Source of the DNA: an uncultured Actinomycetes bacterium
Lineage (GTDB): Bacteria > Actinomycetota > Thermoleophilia > UBA2241
DNA: 64,000 bases
Assembly (NCBI GenBank): GCA_963725665.1
Contig: CAVRZA010000004.1
Coordinates: 320,001-384,000, forward strand
Direction of reading: 5' to 3'
Shown here: positions 22,601-31,665 of the stretch, in pieces
Layout: each line of letters begins with the position of its first letter
Position numbering within the stretch: the first letter of the stretch is position 1
The notes under the pieces: model-generated
The model's input: the letters and a program-made list of their open reading frames with translations, nothing else
Databases searched by the model: none
What the model was told of the DNA's origin: nothing
Program-made: the position numbers and the translations under genes

Positions 22601-22860
22601 GCTGGCGTCTCTTCTACACGAAGCAGGCGCAGCGGGATGCAAGGAAGCTCGCCGCCGCTGGCCTGAGGCCGAAGGTGCAGGTGCTCCTCGATCTCCTCGC
22701 CGAGAACCCCTATCAGGCACCGCCGCCCTTCGAGAAGCTGGTCGGCGACCTGTCCGGTGCGTACTCGCGGCGAATCACCATCCAGCACCGGCTCGTCTAC
22801 CAGGTCCTGGACGACGAGCGAGCGGTGAAGGTTCTGAGGATGTGGACGCATTACGAGTAG
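22597..22860 (+). CDS. yoeB: Txe/YoeB toxin
   Basis: PPFEKLVGDLSGAYSRRITIQHRLVY..MWTHYE. Confidence 0.93.
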   Translation: MSWRLFYTKQAQRDARKLAAAGLRPKVQVLLDLLAENPYQAPPPFEKLVGDLSGAYSRRITIQHRLVYQVLDDERAVKVLRMWTHYE

Positions 22861-22926
22861 GGCGAGCAGGCGCATCGCGCAGATGCCGCGCTGCGCGCGG
22901 CACAGTTCACGCGCAACACGTTGGCC
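22861..22926 (+). repeat. attC-like site (66 bp)
   Basis: GGCGAGC...GTTGGCC, central TGCCGCGC.GCGCGGCA hairpin; begins right after the yoeB stop. Confidence 0.7.
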
Positions 22927-22995
22927 GCACTAGTGAGCACCGTGCCGAAGGCTTCAGTGCTAGGCTGATGGACGTCGACGCGAAAGGGGCCTTTC

Positions 22996-23535
22996 ATGTC
23001 TGACTCCGCGAAACGAATCGTCGCTGGCGCGTCGATTGTCCTAGCGGCCGTCGCTGCCGCCATCGCCGCGGCCATGGCGTGGGAGTTCCTCACCTCGCCA
23101 CTCAACGATGACACACTGTCGTCGGCCAGCGCCATCCAGAGCTTTTCAGGAGACGCCATCTTCGTCGCCCTTGTGGCTGCCGGCCTGAGCGCGCTGGTGA
23201 TCGCTTCGGCCCTGGCAGCTTGGAGCGACCGGCTGCGGCTTGTCGTCCGCCTGGCGGCGGGAAGCATCATGGCCCTCGCGGGATGCGCTTCCGCGCTCGT
23301 GCTCGACCCGGCCAGCGCGAGCCTCCAGGCACGATTCATGGTCTACCCCCACGGCGAAGGCGTGACCGTCACAGCGCGGCTGTTCACGTTCTGGATCGAA
23401 CGCCTTTCAACGCTGTCGTGGCTCTATACGGCTTGCGCCGCCGGGATCGTGCTCACCACGGTCGTCGCGATCGTCCTGAGCAGAGGCACGTTACGGCGGC
23501 ATCGGTCGTGCTCTGCTGCGACGCCGGTCGGGTGA
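22996..23535 (+). CDS. Hypothetical membrane protein (probable last cassette)
   Basis: About 4 hydrophobic helices; follows the attC core GTTGGCC. Confidence 0.55.
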   Translation: MSDSAKRIVAGASIVLAAVAAAIAAAMAWEFLTSPLNDDTLSSASAIQSFSGDAIFVALVAAGLSALVIASALAAWSDRLRLVVRLAAGSIMALAGCASALVLDPASASLQARFMVYPHGEGVTVTARLFTFWIERLSTLSWLYTACAAGIVLTTVVAIVLSRGTLRRHRSCSAATPVG

Positions 23536-23558
23536 CGATCCGGCCTGCAGTGAGGAGA

Positions 23559-24191
23559 GTGTCAAAGGGCCTGACCGCGACCGCAGCTGCGGCCGGAACC
23601 TCGGCAGTGGTCCACCGCCTCGCCCGCCGCTCGGGCGTGACCGCCGAGGAGGCGAGGCGCCCGTTGCCCGGCGATGAAGTCGTCGCTCACCCGCTCTGGA
23701 CATCGACGCGCGGCATCACCATCGACGCCCCGCCGGCGGCGGTGTGGCCCTGGATCGTGCAGATGGGTTACCCGACCTTCCGCGCCGGCTGGTACACGCC
23801 GCATTGGCTGGACGAACTCATGTGGGGCAAACGGCCGCGCAGCGCCGACACGATCGTCCCCGAGTTGCAGGACCTCAAGCTCGGCGACAAGGTGCCCGAC
23901 AGCGCCGATTTCGGCATGTACTACACGGTCGCTGAGATCGAAAGGCCCGGCCGCCTCGTCCTGCACTCGACTAGGCACGTCGTGCCGCCACTGCGCACGG
24001 TCGACTTCAGCTGGGTGTTCGTGCTCTTGCCCCTGCCGGAGGAGCGTACCCGGCTTCTCGTGCGCGCCCGTGTCGCGTTTGCGCCGGTCTGGCCGTTCCC
24101 CTTGGTGGAGGCCGTCGTCGGCCTCGGCGACTTCTTCAACGCCACGGTGATGCTCAGGGGCATCCGCTCGCGAGTCACTACTTGGCGATGA
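23559..24191 (+). CDS. SRPBCC-like protein
   Basis: LPGDEVV..TRGITIDAPPAAVWPWIVQMG..RAGWY. Confidence 0.75.
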   Translation: MSKGLTATAAAAGTSAVVHRLARRSGVTAEEARRPLPGDEVVAHPLWTSTRGITIDAPPAAVWPWIVQMGYPTFRAGWYTPHWLDELMWGKRPRSADTIVPELQDLKLGDKVPDSADFGMYYTVAEIERPGRLVLHSTRHVVPPLRTVDFSWVFVLLPLPEERTRLLVRARVAFAPVWPFPLVEAVVGLGDFFNATVMLRGIRSRVTTWR

Positions 24192-24456
24192 GGAAGACCT
24201 CGTCGTGCAGCATCGAGACGCGCACCTTGTCGCGCACCTCGAGCGACCTGATCGCCTTTGCTATCGCCGAGCGCACCGTCTCCGGTTTGCGGCCTATCTT
24301 GGTGACGTTCACTTCCATGGCGGCCTCACCGGATTCCATGAAGGCCTTGACCAGGTCTGGGTAGAAAGTCGATGCCTCACGACCTCGACGCGTGGCCAGC
24401 GTCGAGATATCCCGCGGCTTCAGGTAGTCGGCTGGGTTCCATTTCTTCACTGCCAT
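24178..24456 (-). CDS. Small basic hypothetical protein
   Basis: Good RBS (AAAGGGAGG) and codon pattern; 92 aa. Confidence 0.6.
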   Translation of the reverse strand: MAVKKWNPADYLKPRDISTLATRRGREASTFYPDLVKAFMESGEAAMEVNVTKIGRKPETVRSAIAKAIRSLEVRDKVRVSMLHDEVFLIAK

Positions 24457-24741
24457 CACTGTCCTCCCTTTGTGTGCGACGTACATCGCCGTCTAGAGTT
24501 CCCGGTTGCGATTCCCAGTATAACCCTCGTTGCATGCAGCCGGCGTTTCAGCTTTCGGCATGTTCCAGTCAAGTGGACCATCGCATGCGCGCTACGGAAG
24601 TCCTCTACGCTCTCGGAACCACCGCCGAGGTGTCGCTCCGGCTGGGAACGCGTCGATGTGATGATCGGCGTCGAAACGGGCACCATTCACGACGTCTTAC
24701 AAAGAACCGGCTGCAACAGCCGTATTTCGAGGAGCTGCCAT

Positions 24742-25224
24742 ATGGACACTCGCTCCAGAGGCGCCAATTGGGTGATGTTCTCCGCGATCGTACTGTTCGT
24801 CGCGGGGGTGTTCGCCGTCATCGACGGTCTTGTCGCCGTCTACAAGTCGACCTTTTTCACGCAGAACGCCGTCTACGTGTTCAGCGATCTGAACACGTGG
24901 GGCTGGATCGTCTTCGGTCTCGGCGTCGCAGGTATCGCCGCGGGTCTCGCCGTGTTCACAGGCCGCGAATGGGCCCGCTGGACCGGCATCATCGTGGCCG
25001 GCCTGGGCGCCGTGGGTCAGCTGCTGTTCGCCCAGGCGTATCCGCTCTGGTCTCTCATGATCATGGGTCTCAACGTCCTGGTGATCTACGGTCTGGCCGC
25101 CTATGGCGGTCGCGATTACGCGGCCAGCGAGAGCTCCGGCTACTACGAGTCGACTGAGTCGCGCACCTCGCCGCGTTCCGGGAGCGCGAGCGACGAGACC
25201 ACGCGGGATCGGCGCGCCGCGTAG
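24742..25224 (+). CDS. Four-helix actinobacterial membrane protein (DUF7144-like)
   Basis: WGWI, WARWTGI, AYPLWSL, VIYGLA. Confidence 0.7.
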   Translation: MDTRSRGANWVMFSAIVLFVAGVFAVIDGLVAVYKSTFFTQNAVYVFSDLNTWGWIVFGLGVAGIAAGLAVFTGREWARWTGIIVAGLGAVGQLLFAQAYPLWSLMIMGLNVLVIYGLAAYGGRDYAASESSGYYESTESRTSPRSGSASDETTRDRRAA

Positions 25225-25427
25225 TCACTCGTTTCAGTCTGCCTCCCGGCGGGCGGGACGTAGTCACGGGGCGGCGGGTGCGGCACAGCCGCACCCGCCG
25301 CCCCATACACAAGTCCGGTCTATGGCACGGGATCGGGTCGCGCCTGAGGAGCGCCGCGCCATCGGTACCTCGACCAGACCGAGCAGGGGTAGTATGAGAC
25401 TGCTTGGCGGCTGCGGCGAGGCACGCG

Positions 25428-26298
25428 GTGACCCTGGTGGATCGCTCTGATATCGGCATCTCGACCGGCGCGTACGCGGCGCTGCCCCTGGCTGAGGCGC
25501 TCTCGCGCATCGCCGAGATCGCGTCCGCGGCCGAGGTGTGTTCCTGGGGTCGCCACTCGCTGCTCGAGTCCGAAAACGCGCGTGCCCTCACCGTCGCCGG
25601 CCTGCCTTTCACGGTGCACGGACCGTTCACACACGACGGGCTCGGCAGCCGTCTCTCGTCGAAGCGACGCGCGGCCGTCGATCTGCATCGGCGGCACTTG
25701 TGGGCCGCCGCCGAGCTCGGAGCGACGCTCTACGTGCTACACCCCGACCTGCGGCATCGCAAGAGACCGAGGAGCTCACGGGTGGCGGCGTCGCTCGAGC
25801 GCTCGTTCGCGGAGCTTCGTGCCCTGCAGGACGAACTCGGCGTGACCGTCGTCGTCGAGAACATGCCCTTCAGCGGGCGCTCGCACTTCACCGCGCCCGG
25901 TGATCTCGACCTGCAAGGCCTCGGCATAGCGTTGGACGTCGGCCACGCCGCCATCGCGGGTACGCTCGGCGCCTGGCTCGCCAACCCTCGCGGGACGGTC
26001 CGCCACGTGCACCTGCACGACAACCACGGCAGCCGGGGGTCATGATCTGCACCACTCGTTGGGGACGGGAGTGGTCGACGTCGCCCCTGCTCTCACGCTG
26101 GCGCGCGCCGTCGGCGCCACGATCGTTCTCGAGCACATCGTCGAGGCCCACGTCGGCACGAGCCTCGAGCATCTACGGGCTCGCGGGTTGATCGCCCGGG
26201 CCGATTCGGCCGACGGGAAGGTCGATGACGACCTCGCCCGCAGAGGACGTCGAGTCGGCCGTCTGTGGGTAGGGCGGCTCGGAACGGGCCTACCTTGA
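25428..26298 (+). CDS. Sugar phosphate isomerase/epimerase TIM barrel, frameshift near 26040
   Basis: VENMP, LDVGHA, HVHLHDNHG then DLHHSLGTG in a shifted frame. Confidence 0.75.
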
Positions 26299-28130
26299 CC
26301 GCGCAGCAGACGGACGACGCGAAGCACCTCAGGGCGAGGGCGCGCTTCCTCGCCCGCCACGAGCTCTTCAAGTCGCTGACACCCCGCGAGCTCGAGCGGA
26401 CTGCTGCCTCGATCGTGGAGCGTGTGGCGTCGGCGGGGGAAGCGGTGCTGGTCGAGGGCGGCCCGCCGGGCACGGAGCTCTTCGTGGTGCGCGAGGGCAC
26501 CTTCGAGCTCATCCACGAGCAGGTCGTCGTCGACATCATGACCGGATGCCAGGTGTTCGGCCACCCGACGCTGCTGACCGGTCTGGCGCCGGAGTTCACT
26601 GTCCGCGCCCGCGAGGACTCGCTTCTCTACTGCATTCCCAAGGACATCGCTCTCGAGCTGCTCACGCGGCCCGAGGGGGTGGCGTTCGTGGCGCGCACGG
26701 GACGCGACCGCCTGATCCAGGCGGCGCGCACCATGCGCGCCCTGCCCGACATCCGCACGCAGCCGGTCACCTCACTGGTGCGCAGCGCACCGCTGTTCTG
26801 CGAGCCCGACACGACCGTGCGCGAGGCGGCTCGACTGATGGCCGCCGAGGGCAGGTCCGCCCTGCTCGTCGAGACGCGCGACGGCCTTGGCATCGTCACC
26901 GACGTCGACCTGCGCGACCGGGTCGTCGCCGGCGCCGTGTCACGCGACGCGCCGGTGAGCGCCGTGATGACGGCGCCGGTAAAGACGGTGAGCGCCGAGG
27001 TCACGGCGCCCGAGGCGAGCATCGAGATGATGGCCGCGGGCGTCAACCACCTGCCGGTGGTCGACGCCCGCGGCCGAGTCGTGGGCATCCTGTCGGCGAG
27101 CAGCCTCATGACGCTCGACGCGCGCAGCCCGTTCGCGCTGCGCCGCACGATCCTCGCGGCGCGCTCCGACGACGACGTCGTGAGGGCCGCCGGCGACATG
27201 CCGAAGCTCTTCGTCGACCTTGTCGACGTTCACCTCGAAGCGCCGGCGCTGACGCGCATCCTCACCCTGCTGCAGGATGCCATGACGTCGCGTCTGCTGG
27301 AGCTCGCTGTGCAGCGTCGCGGAGAGCCGCCCGTTCCCTACGCCTGGCTCGCCTTCGGCAGCGCCGGCCGCAGCGAGCTCACCCTCGCCTCCGACCAGGA
27401 CAACGGTCTCGCCTACGCCGACAGCGACGATCCCGCCGTCGACGAGTACTTCCGCGTACTCGCCCTCGATGTCAACTCCGGCTTGCGCCGCTGCGGCTTC
27501 GGCCTCGATCCCCACGGCACCGTGGCGAGCAACTCCCAGTGGCGCCTGTCGCTCTCGACGTGGCGTTACGTCCTCGAGCGCAGCCTGCAGGGCGTCGATC
27601 TCGATCGCCTCGCGCGCGCCAGCGTCTCCTTCGACTTCCGCCAGGTGGCCGGCGAGCTCGACGTAGTGCCATCCCTGACCGATGTCATCCGCGAAGCGCC
27701 CCAGCACCCGCGTTTCCTGCGTGCCATGTCGCGCCTGGCGACCCATGCCCCCTTGCCGCTCGGGTTCCGCCATCGGCTCCTCGGCTTGGTCGACATCAAG
27801 AAGGACGGGCTGCTGCCCATCCAGAGCCTCGCGCGCTACCTCGCTCTCTCCAGGAGGATCACGGCGGCGGCGACGCTCGAACGTCTTGCCGCCCTGCGTG
27901 AGGCGGACGTGCTCGATGCCGATCGCGCGCGGTCGCTGCGCGAAGCCTTCATCGCCATGGCCCACCTTCAGCTCCGCCACCACGCCAACGCCGTCCGCGC
28001 CGGCCGGACACCCGACAACCTCCTCACCGTAGACCGCCTGCGACCGCTGACCCGGGTCACCCTGCAGGAGGCGCTGCGAGAGGTCGCCGACGCGCAGAAG
28101 CACGTGCCCCGGACAGTCGTTCCGCGCTAG
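26295..28130 (+). CDS. cNMP-binding + CBS + DUF294 nucleotidyltransferase-like protein
   Basis: cNMP domain, GIVTDVDLRDRV, FGSAGRSE..SDQDNGL, DIKKDGLLPI. Confidence 0.88.
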   Translation: MTAQQTDDAKHLRARARFLARHELFKSLTPRELERTAASIVERVASAGEAVLVEGGPPGTELFVVREGTFELIHEQVVVDIMTGCQVFGHPTLLTGLAPEFTVRAREDSLLYCIPKDIALELLTRPEGVAFVARTGRDRLIQAARTMRALPDIRTQPVTSLVRSAPLFCEPDTTVREAARLMAAEGRSALLVETRDGLGIVTDVDLRDRVVAGAVSRDAPVSAVMTAPVKTVSAEVTAPEASIEMMAAGVNHLPVVDARGRVVGILSASSLMTLDARSPFALRRTILAARSDDDVVRAAGDMPKLFVDLVDVHLEAPALTRILTLLQDAMTSRLLELAVQRRGEPPVPYAWLAFGSAGRSELTLASDQDNGLAYADSDDPAVDEYFRVLALDVNSGLRRCGFGLDPHGTVASNSQWRLSLSTWRYVLERSLQGVDLDRLARASVSFDFRQVAGELDVVPSLTDVIREAPQHPRFLRAMSRLATHAPLPLGFRHRLLGLVDIKKDGLLPIQSLARYLALSRRITAAATLERLAALREADVLDADRARSLREAFIAMAHLQLRHHANAVRAGRTPDNLLTVDRLRPLTRVTLQEALREVADAQKHVPRTVVPR

Positions 28131-28213
28131 GGCTCGGCAATCGGCGCTACGGGGAGCCGGGTCGATTCGGGGGCGGCGGCGCCGGTCGGCCCCGTGCGAC
28201 AGGGTTCAGCCGT

Positions 28214-28498
28214 TCAGTACTCCCTGCTCTCGATCGCCTCGACGATACGCACCTTTGGGTCCGTCATGATCTGTCCCTCGACGTGCCCCCAGAGCTCGCG
28301 CAATGCCGTCCGCATGGCCTCGGCCTGGCTTTCGCTGTCGAACTCGAGCTCGACGATCGCGTAGCGCGCATCGTCGACGGGGCGCATCACGCGGTAGCGC
28401 CGGACCCCCGACTGCTCGCGATGCACCGGGTCGCTGTCGAAGGCGCGCTTCCAGGCGTCGAAGTCGGGCACCGGATGTTCTATCTGCAGGATGTGCAT
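28214..28498 (-). CDS. Small ferredoxin-like fold hypothetical protein
   Basis: IEHPVPDFDAWKRAFDSDP..GVRRYRV. Confidence 0.7.
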   Translation of the reverse strand: MHILQIEHPVPDFDAWKRAFDSDPVHREQSGVRRYRVMRPVDDARYAIVELEFDSESQAEAMRTALRELWGHVEGQIMTDPKVRIVEAIESREY

Positions 28499-28683
28499 GG
28501 GCTTCCTTTCGGTCCGGATGTAACGGGCGGGTCAGCTCCTCACGGATGGATTCCCCGCCGAGAGCACCCGTCTCGCCGTTTGCCCTGGCCCTAGGCCCGC
28601 CGCTCAGCCTCAGGGTCCCGGTCGGTCCGGTCCTATAGTATTCGGTGCGGGAGCTCGAGACTGACCGTGGGCTCGACCGCTGG

Positions 28684-29910
28684 ATGAGAGAGGGGGCGAC
28701 GATCGTGGCGGCCGGTGCGCGAGACAAGCCGTTGGCTTCGCAGCGCTGGGTCTTCACTATGACGGTTGCCTTCCTGTACGCGGCAACCGTGCTGCGGTCG
28801 CTGCTCGCGTTCGACGGCGAGCAGCGCGTCCTTGCCGTCACGCTGCTGCTCGTCTGGCTCGTCCTGCTGCTCACCGAGCCGCGACTGTCCCGCCTGTGGC
28901 GTCCTTACTTCGGCGTGTACGTCGCGCTGCAGAGCGCCGTCGTCGCCATCCTTCTTCCTCAGTCGGATTCCAGCGACTTCTTCGCCATCCTCTTGGCGGT
29001 GACGAGCATGCAGGCCATGCAACGGTGGCAGCCCAGGACGGCCGCGGTCGTCATCGGGCTCTTTGCCGTGCTGACGGGGCTTTCACTGACCGATGAGTAC
29101 GGCCCCGCCCAGGCCGTCACCTTCGCTGCCATCTACACCGCCGCCAACCTCTTCCTGGGCACGTTCGCACTGGCGACGAAGCGGGCTACTGAGGCCAGGT
29201 TGCGGAACGAGGCGCTGGTGATCGATCTGCAGGAGGCGAACCGGCAAACGACCGACTATGCGCGGCGCGCGGAGCGCCTGGCGGGCGCGCGGGAGCGGCA
29301 GCGACTGGCTCGCGACCTGCACGACTCTGTGACGCAGACGCTCTTCAGCATGACGCTCACCGCGCGGTCGGCTCTGCTGCTCCTCCAGCGACATCCCGAC
29401 CAGGTGAAGGCCCAGGTCGACCAGATCGACCACCTCGCGCACAGCGCCCTCTCGGAGATGACCGTGCTGAGCGCCGAGTTGCCGTCGTCGCCGCCCACCG
29501 AGGGGGGGCTGGTCGCAAGTCTGCAGCGTCATCTGGCCGACCGCCCGCTCCAGGACGGGTTGTTGGTCTCTATGGAGGTGGAGGCCGACGGCGTGCTGCC
29601 GCCTCTTGAGGAGCAGGCTCTCCTGCGCATCGTCCAGGAGGCGCTCAACAACATCGTCAAGCACGCGGGAGAATCGCGCGCGGTCGTCCGGTTACGTTTG
29701 CGACAGCCGTTCCGGATCGAGATCGAGGATCAGGGCCGGGGCTTCGACCCGGCTCAGACCGATACCGGAGGTGTGGGCTTGATCAGCATGAGGGAGCGGG
29801 CGGCCGAGATCGGGTGGAGCTTGACGGTCGACAGCTCCCCGGGTGCGGGTACGCGGGTCGTGGCCGAAGAGGTGCTGAGCCAGGAGGGAGGAAGCGATGC
29901 CGGAGAGTGA
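28684..29910 (+). CDS. Membrane sensor histidine kinase (HisKA_3)
   Basis: ERQRLARDLHDSVTQ, QEALNNIVKHA, EDQGRGF, GLISMRERA, GTRV; start approximate. Confidence 0.92.
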   Translation: MREGATIVAAGARDKPLASQRWVFTMTVAFLYAATVLRSLLAFDGEQRVLAVTLLLVWLVLLLTEPRLSRLWRPYFGVYVALQSAVVAILLPQSDSSDFFAILLAVTSMQAMQRWQPRTAAVVIGLFAVLTGLSLTDEYGPAQAVTFAAIYTAANLFLGTFALATKRATEARLRNEALVIDLQEANRQTTDYARRAERLAGARERQRLARDLHDSVTQTLFSMTLTARSALLLLQRHPDQVKAQVDQIDHLAHSALSEMTVLSAELPSSPPTEGGLVASLQRHLADRPLQDGLLVSMEVEADGVLPPLEEQALLRIVQEALNNIVKHAGESRAVVRLRLRQPFRIEIEDQGRGFDPAQTDTGGVGLISMRERAAEIGWSLTVDSSPGAGTRVVAEEVLSQEGGSDAGE

Positions 29911-30607
29911 AACGATCAAGGTGCTGATCGTCGACGACCATCAGGTCGTGCGTCGAGGCCTGCGGACCTTCCTCGACCTACAGGAGGATATCGTCGTCGT
30001 CGGCGAGGCGGCCGATGGACTGGCGGCGGTGGACCTTGCCGTTCAGCTCGGGCCGGACATCGTGCTGATGGATATCGTGATGCCAAAGCTGGACGGGATC
30101 GAGGCCACGCGCAGGATCAAGGAGCTCGGCGTCGGCATCGGCGTGATCGTCCTCACCAGCTTCGCCGGAGACGAGCAGGTCATGCCGGCTATCGAGGCAG
30201 GCGCCTCGAGCTACTTGCTGAAGGACGTCACTCCTGAGGATCTGGTCGAGGCTGTCCGCGCTGTCTACCGAGGCGAGCCTCGCCTGCACCCCGATGCCTT
30301 GCGCAAGGTCATGGATGCGGCCAAGGCGGCGCGGCCAGGCGACGCCCACCCCGAGCCTGGTGCGCCGCCCGGCGACCTCACCGAACGCGAGCTCGAGGTG
30401 ATCCGCCTGGTGGCGGAGGGACGCAGCAACCGCGAGATCGCCGACGAGTTCGTGATCAGCGAAAAGACCGTCAAGACGCACATCAGCCACGTCCTGGCCA
30501 AACTGGAACTGAAGGACCGCACCCAGCTCGCCATCTACGCCCTCAAGCACGGCCTCGCCGACCAGGCGGACGCGCAAGGCCAATCCGACGTCACCCGTGG
30601 CGGGTAG
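29897..30607 (+). CDS. NarL/LuxR family response regulator
   Basis: VDDH, LMDIVMP, LTERELEV..SNREIA..TVKTH. Confidence 0.95.
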   Translation: MPESETIKVLIVDDHQVVRRGLRTFLDLQEDIVVVGEAADGLAAVDLAVQLGPDIVLMDIVMPKLDGIEATRRIKELGVGIGVIVLTSFAGDEQVMPAIEAGASSYLLKDVTPEDLVEAVRAVYRGEPRLHPDALRKVMDAAKAARPGDAHPEPGAPPGDLTERELEVIRLVAEGRSNREIADEFVISEKTVKTHISHVLAKLELKDRTQLAIYALKHGLADQADAQGQSDVTRGG

Positions 30608-31460
30608 GGAAGGAGCTTCGCTCGTGCTGGGGTCGGGCGACGGTGTGAGCGGCGTCAACGGCGGCGAAAGGCCCAGTCGTATCGGCTTGGCAGCCACGGT
30701 AGTCGTGTGGGCCGCCGTGTTGGCGCGCGTGCTCACACTCACGACGGACACCGGCCTGCGGCTGTGGTACGCGGCGGGCCTCTCGGCCTTTCTTGTCATC
30801 CTCATCATCGTGCTGTGGCGCCGACCCCTCTCGACGGGACTGCTGCACGTCGCGTTCGCGCTCCAGTCTGCCATCGTGCTGCTGCTGCTGGCGCTGAACC
30901 CCGAGCGGGATTTCCTGACGACACTGTTCGTGCTCCAGTGCTACCAAGCCGCCATCGTCTTCACGGGTCGCACGCGCCTGGTCTGGGTAGCCCTGCTCGT
31001 GACGCTGATCGGCGCCTCGCTGGCGCTGCAACTGGGCCTGCTGCGCGGCCTTGCGCTGGCGCTGGTCCCTATGGCGGCCGGCGTCGTGTTGTCGACCTAC
31101 GTAATCGTGAATCGTGAGCTCGAGGCGGCTCGGGCGACAAGCGAACGCATGGTCGCCGACCTGCAGGTGGCCCAGCAGCAGCTGAAGCGGTACGCCAGCC
31201 AGGTCGACGAGCTCGTCAGCATCGAAGAGCGCTCCAAACTGGCTCGCGAACTGCAGGAGTCCGTGTCGCAGACGCTGTCGGCCATCCTTTCGGTCACTGG
31301 TGCGGCAGGGGAGGTGCTGGATCATCCCGACAGAGCCGGTGGGCAGCTCGAGCACCTGCAGGCGCTGACCCAACAGGCGCTCGCGCAGATGCGTGCCATC
31401 ATCAGCGAGCTGCGCCCTGCGGCTCCGGACGTCGCTGCCGACGCCGCAAGCGACGACTGA
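30597..31460 (+). CDS. Histidine kinase-like membrane protein without phospho-His and ATPase domain
   Basis: TM region then ERSKLARELQESVSQ; stops after the dimerisation helices. Confidence 0.8.
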   Translation: MAGREGASLVLGSGDGVSGVNGGERPSRIGLAATVVVWAAVLARVLTLTTDTGLRLWYAAGLSAFLVILIIVLWRRPLSTGLLHVAFALQSAIVLLLLALNPERDFLTTLFVLQCYQAAIVFTGRTRLVWVALLVTLIGASLALQLGLLRGLALALVPMAAGVVLSTYVIVNRELEAARATSERMVADLQVAQQQLKRYASQVDELVSIEERSKLARELQESVSQTLSAILSVTGAAGEVLDHPDRAGGQLEHLQALTQQALAQMRAIISELRPAAPDVAADAASDD

Positions 31461-31665
31461 GCCAGGAGCCCCGTCGGACCTGAGACGTAGGCGTCTCCTC
31501 CTCAGGTCGCAGTCACAGATACGCCCTCCGAGCCCGCGAAAATCGTTCGCGCGGTCGATGTGCGCACATCCGCGCGGCGCGATGATCTTCCCGTGGATAT
31601 CAACAGGGATGAGCAGCCGTCGGAGGCAAGTCCGGGGCGGCGATCCAGGGGCAGAAGGAGGGACC

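Noticed and set aside
21443-22926. Repeats considered as CRISPR or REP
   Set aside because: They are divergent, separated by whole genes and have attC core geometry; no cas genes or regular repeat-spacer array in the window
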